Shown: piece by piece, positions 23,701 through 29,700 of the stretch
Numbering within the stretch: position 1 is the first letter of the stretch
How the letters are laid out: each line of letters starts with the position of its first letter
Assembly (NCBI GenBank): GCA_015063225.1
Contig: SUSU01000001.1
Coordinates: 58,446 to 90,445 of the forward strand
Length of the DNA: 32,000 bases
From: Thermoplasmata archaeon
GTDB taxonomy: Archaea > Thermoplasmatota > Thermoplasmata > Methanomassiliicoccales > Methanomethylophilaceae
Direction: 5' to 3'
The notes under the pieces: generated by a model
Seen by the model: only the letters and a program-made list of their open reading frames with translations
Database searches by the model: none
What the model was told of the DNA's origin: nothing
Translations under genes and position numbers: made by a program

Positions 23701-26700
23701 TGCCCGTCGTTGGCGGTGAACTGGTGGGTGTCGGAGCCCTCGGTGCCGTTGTTAGCGTAGAGGATGCCGGTGTAGGTGGTATCGCCTATCTCTCCGCCGT
23801 TCTCGCTCACATGCAGGTTGAGGACATGATTGTCGTTGGCAAGCGCTATGAATACCGAGGTGTCGTAGGCACGGCCCAGCTCATAGTTGTTCCCCAACTC
23901 ATCGTATACGCCGTCGGCAGAGATGCCCATTCCAGCGAAATCGTTGGCGGAAAGGATGGTGTACGTCCTGTCGGTGGAGAAGAAGTTCCTGCTGCAGGCC
24001 TCGTTTCCGTTCTCCATGAGATAGATTACGGTGTAACTCACCACTTCGGGCGTCTCTCCCTCCTCCCACTGTACGTACAGGTATGGGTTCTCGAGGCTCA
24101 ACAGGGCTTCTGTAGAGACCTCGGCGCGTAAGGGGTAGAAGTCACCACTGCCATCCGCCTGGGTGTTGAACCCGACGGGGGTGTGTCCGGTCCAGGTCCA
24201 CCAGTCTTCGATTTCGCCCCTGTCGGGGAGGAGTGTCGTCTCCCCCTGGATGGGGCCCTGTTGGTATTCGGGAGTCGCACCTTCGAAGTTGCCGTAGATG
24301 CGGCCCTGGATCGTGTTCTCATTCCACAGGACATAGAGGGCAGCTCTCGGGAGCGACATGGCGTCTCCCTGATTCATGACAGATCCCAGGTCGAAAGTAA
24401 CTCCTCCGTTGCCGTCACGGGTGGTGCTGAAGCATACCGGAGTGACGAGGGCTCCTCTGTTCCACAGCTCTGTGATCTCCTCCGCACTCGGGAGCTGTAC
24501 GCTCTTGAGGTCTGCTAAGGTGGTGAGGCTTATGGCCTCCTGACAGTCGTAGTTGGAAAGGATCACCAGGTAGATCGGATCAGAATCGCTGGACGGTACG
24601 GGGGGAAGGGGCGCCCATATGACGTACAGGATCCCGTTGCAGGCGAGTACGTCATCGTAGCTCATCTCGGCGCCGAAGTACACTCCCACGACCGCATCCT
24701 CGCGGGGGGTGTCCGCTAGACCGATGGGTGTGGCATCGTTCCTGAAATACCTGGCGTCGATGCTGGCAAAGGAGGGGGCGATCATGCCGGACTCTGGATC
24801 CACATTAACGGTGAAATACAAGGGGTCGCAGTTCTCGTAGTTCCCGTAGATCCTGCACTGGGTAATCGTGGCGGCCTCCCATATGACGTACAGGGCGTGG
24901 TTCTCGAGGGCCGCGACCGCCTCGGCGGTGATCAGGGCCCCGAAGGCGTATGTGGTACCATTGCCGTCGGCCTGGGTGTTGAACCCGGTGGCGGTCCAGC
25001 TCTGACCTCTGTTCCAGGGGAGATGGCCGGCGTCGTCGGGCAGCTCGGTACCTTCGTCGGGTATGATGTTGCTGACGTACTCGGGGTTGGCACCCTCGAA
25101 GTTCCCGTAGAGGTATCCGATGACAGGCTCGCCCTCGGTCCAGGTGAGGAACAGGGTGATCCTGCCGTTCTCTGCATCGTAGATCTGCGCGATCTGGGCC
25201 GGGGTGATGTAGCTGTCGAAATCGTATGCCGTCTGTCCCTGGGCGGAAGTTGCGTAACCGGTGGCGGTGTGGCCGCTCCAGGTCGTCAGGTCCTCGAGAT
25301 CGTTGTAGCTGGGGAGCCTGATTGAGAGTCCGGAGTCAACACTCCGGATTACCCTCGAGGTGTCTCCGCCCTGGTGGTTCGCATCGACATAGACGTCGAT
25401 GTAGGGGCTGGACACGTAGATGTTCAGCCTCTCATATTCGTCGAGGCAGCTGAGGGCTATGCTGGTGGCGATGGTCTCTCCGGGAGCATAGTTGTAGCTG
25501 CTGCCCTGGTAGCTGTAGAAGGAAAGCCTGGTCATGGGCTTGTCCTGGCAGCCGAGCTGGTCCAGGGTGGGGAGGGTGACGGTCTGCTGGTCCTCGCTGA
25601 ACGTGGTGGTGTACCGCGAATCGCCGGAGCAGACGATATCGTAGACGGCGGCGGGGGCATCCTCCCACACGGCGAACAGGGAGATCGCACCGGACTGTGC
25701 GTGGGCGGGGTTGAAGGCCGCGGGGGTGAAGGCACCGTTGCTGTACGCGTACGCCACCTGGCCGTCGAGGGTGAGGGACCATCCAACGAAGACGTACTCG
25801 TCCCTCTCGGGGATGATGCTGTTGCTCGGGGCGGAGAGGGTCCTCGTGAGGACGGAGGATCCCTGGTAATCTCCGCCGTTGCAGTCCATGGTGACCTCGT
25901 AGTTCGTGACCACGTGCATGTCGGCGGGCTTGGAGACCAGGGTTACGGTCTTGTAGTCCACGGTTCCGGTGGCCGCGTCGTCGACATCCCCGAGGACGGC
26001 CTTGTAGCAGAGACCGTCGCTGACGCCGATGTAGAGCTGCCACAGGTTGTAGTCGACCATGGTCTGGTTATACGAGCTGTAGTAGTTCTGCTCCAGCTTG
26101 TGGGCGGTGATGATGTAGACGGGGATGTTCTGGCCGCCGAACTGGACGTTCCCGCGGGTCCAGACGGACCAGTCGGGTTCGTCGGGGTATAACACGTCGA
26201 ATACCTGGGGATACAGCCCTGCAGCCCTGGGCATGTCGCTATAGCCACCGGAGTAGGAGAACATGTAGTTGCTGTTGCTCACCTGCGTCACGGTGAACGT
26301 GACCTCCTCCTCGCCGTCGTCGTACACGAAGGCGTCGCCGACGGTGGCGGAGTACTGGGCGAACTCCGGGAGGACCTGGTAGAACTTCAGTCCGATGTAG
26401 TAGGCCCTGCTGTACTGGTCGTTGTCCCCGGCCTCGCCGAAGACGATGGTCATCCTTCCGTTGTCATTGACCGCGTTCACCCTCAGGGTGGTATTGTCAT
26501 CCAGGATGAGGCGGTAGTTCTGGGCGTTGGCGGTGAACGTGTAATAGTCTCCGTTGGCGAAGTACTGCCAGGAGCTTCCTCCGGTGACGGTTATGACCTG
26601 TCCCTCGGCCCCGTTCACCCTGAGGGCATCGTTGTCCCCGTTCATCAGGGCGATGCCCTCGGGGAGGTTGTAGATCGTCCACTCGATGTTGGTCTTGGGG

Positions 26701-29700
26701 TTGGTGATCCTCTCCCAGTTCGCGTTCACGATCCTCGACTGGGTGACGGCATCGCCGGGCTTGAAGAGCTCGAGGTCGTTCGTGCTCCAGCCGGTGAACA
26801 TGTATCCGTCCCTGGTGAATCCGATCTCGCCGAGGGCGGGGTAGGTGGAGGACGTCCTCACGACGTTTTCGTCAGGGGTTCCGCCGTTGGGCCTGTAGGT
26901 GATCTCCGCAGGCTGCAGCTGCCTCTGCTGGTGAGCGGTGAACTGGTATTCGGAGACGTCTCCGGAGGGGCCGGTCTCGCTCGCGTAGCATACGAAACCG
27001 TCGGCGGTCACGTAGATGGTGAAGGTGTAGTTCGTTCCGGAGACGACGTAGGATTGCGTGTAGATGTCCACGACCTTCTCCACACCGTTGATGGTGAACG
27101 TTCCGGTCGAGTGCTCGCCGGTCTCGATGGCCTCGATCATCTCGGGGGACCATCCGTTCATAATCGGGTAGGCGCCGATGGGGAGCTCGGTAACCCAGGT
27201 CTCGGTCCAGGAGTTGTAGTTGGTGTTCTGCTCCACGCGGAAGGTGGTGTCGCCGACCGCGATGACGGTCATCGTGACGTCGAAGACCTCGCTGGGGCCG
27301 TCGATCTTCTGGCCGGTGAAGGTGTAGCCCACGGACGGGGTGAACTCCATCGCGGCCCACTTGACGTAGAGGGTCACGGAGTCGCCGTCGCCGGCGAGAT
27401 TCACGAGGGCGTCATCGAAGATGACGGTGCCGCGGTAGTCGGTACCGGTTCCGTCGGAGGCGGTGTTCCATCCGCCGAAGAACATCCTCTGTCCCTGTAC
27501 GACCTTGGAAGTGGCGAACTCGGGGGCGAGGAAGTTGGCTCCGGCCCTGGCGTGTCCGTCGGCGGGGGCGTCCCCGCTGCCTCCGTTGGCATCGAAGTGG
27601 ATTGTGTAGGACTTCGGGTTCCACTGGGCGTAGAGGGTGAGGGTGGTGCCCTCGGGCTGCAGGTAGTAGGTCTCGGGGCTGCACACGCCGTCCTCGAAGG
27701 CCTCCACCATGATGTTCTCGTAGAACGACCATCCACCGAAGGTGTATCCCCTCTTGGTCGGCTCGGTGGCGGGTTCGTCGAAGGAGCCGTCGATGGAGAC
27801 GGTCTGGTCTCCGGGCATATTGCCCTCTCCGCCCTTCATGTTGTAGACGACGGAGTAGGTGATGGGCTCGTACCTCTGGTACATCCTGGTGTCGACCGTG
27901 AGGTCGCTGGCCTGGACGGCGCTGGTGAGGTCGGCGTTGTAGTACTTCTTGCCGCCTTCCAGCGCGTCGTAGTATCCGATGAACCTCTTGCCGTACTCGC
28001 CGGAGGGTTCGTAATCCCTGCCGAGGGCGGGCATGGCCTGTCCGTAGGTCGCGTTGAGGGCCGGGACGCCGTCACCGAAGCTGACGGTGACGGTGTTGGC
28101 CTCCCATTCGGCGCGGAGGGAGGTGTCCTGGAGGATGTCCCAAGAGAGCTTCACGGCGCGGCCGAGGGAGTCGTAGTACTTCTCGTCGCCGAGGTAGTAT
28201 CCCAGGAATCCGAACCCGGTCTTGGAGGGGATCAGGTTCGCGGAGAGGGTCTCGATCTCCCTGTGGTACAGGATCTGGAAGGAGCCGATGAGGTCGTTGC
28301 CGTCGTAGAGGCGGACGGTGTACTGGTTGGGGTTGAAGGCGGCGTGGAGGTAGAGGGTGGTGATGACGGGCTCAGAGAAGTCGTAGTTCTCGCCGTTACC
28401 CGTCTGCCAGCTGGCGAAGGCGTATCCGTCCTTCTGGGGGGCTACCGCCGGAGCGGTGGCGGTGCCGCCGTGGACCACGAGTCCGACGTCGCCGTAGGAT
28501 TGGGTATCGACGTAGAAGTGCACGGAGCGGTAGTTGATTTCTATCGTTCCGAGTCCTCCGGTGACGGTGACCTCCCCGGCGGTCTCGCTGTTCCTCTTGA
28601 TGATGTAGGCGCCGTCGACGATGGGGAAGTTTTCGGAGGTCTCGAGGTAGAAGGAGCCGTCGTTCCTGACGAACATGTCGGCATGCGCGTCGTTCTTCCA
28701 GACGGAGATCGTCTGGTCTTGGAAGGCCGGGCCGACGCCGTCGACCTTGAAGGTCACGGTGATGCTGTTGTTGTCCCAGTGGGCGGTGAGGGTGGCCGTT
28801 GCGGTGTAGACATCCCAAACCTTGGCGGAAGTTCCGTCGGGGTTGTAGTACATGTCGTCTCCCAGGAAGAATCCGAGGAACGCGCCGTCGGCCTTGGTGG
28901 GCGGGGTGATGGCGGGCATGCCGGAATCGAATGTCGCTGTGACGCCCTCCACGGGGGAACCGCCGGCGGAGTCGAAGGTGACCTCGGTGGTCTTCGCGGT
29001 CCACTGGATGATGATTATGACACCATCCACTCCGATGGTCCCGGAGTCGGGGGTGTAGCCGGCGTAGTTGTATCCGGTCCTCGTGGGCCTCTGCTCGTGG
29101 AACTGCACTCCCTCCTGGAGGAGGTCGGCCATGATCGCGGCGACGGAGGTCCCGTACTCGAAGTCCTTGGTCGTGGTCCTGGCATTGGCGTCCCACAGCC
29201 ACGCGCCGTTCTGTCCGTCGAGGATCTGGTAGTTCAGCGGCCATCCGCGGTCGAAGGAGACCGTGGCGGTGTACTTGTTGACGGTCCACTTGGCGAAGTA
29301 TTCCTTGTCCCCGTACTCGCCGGCGGCGATGACCGTCACGGGCTCGCCTGAGAACTGGCTGTCGGCGTACCATCCCGCGAAGGTGGATCCGGTCTTGGTG
29401 ACGTCGGTCGGGAGACTCTTGGCGTTGCCGTAGGTGTAGGAGGTGACGTTTCCGCTGTTGATGGTGCCTCCGTTGGTGTTCAGGGTGACGCTGTAGGACT
29501 GGGGGGTCCACTGGGCGACGAGGGTGACGGCGGCGGTGACTGTGGAGGTGGAGAAGTCCCATGCGATCTCGCCGTTCTTCCACTCGGTCAGCTCGTTGCC
29601 GGTCTTGCTGATGTTCTGGGGCTCGGTAACGGTGTTCCCGGAGAGCACCACGGCGGCGGGGGCGTTACCGGTTCCTCCGTTCAGGTCGAAGGTCACGGTG

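Noticed and set aside
26931-29351. 806-aa plus-strand ORF (with 23199..24131, 25374..26192, 24897..25325 and 20979..21512) opposite the giant gene
   Set aside because: It is in-phase antisense to a strongly codon-biased gene. The composition is the typical G/V/D/E/L/H shadow pattern of GC-rich DNA. There are no motifs, and the minus-strand frame carries clear repeat-domain signatures.
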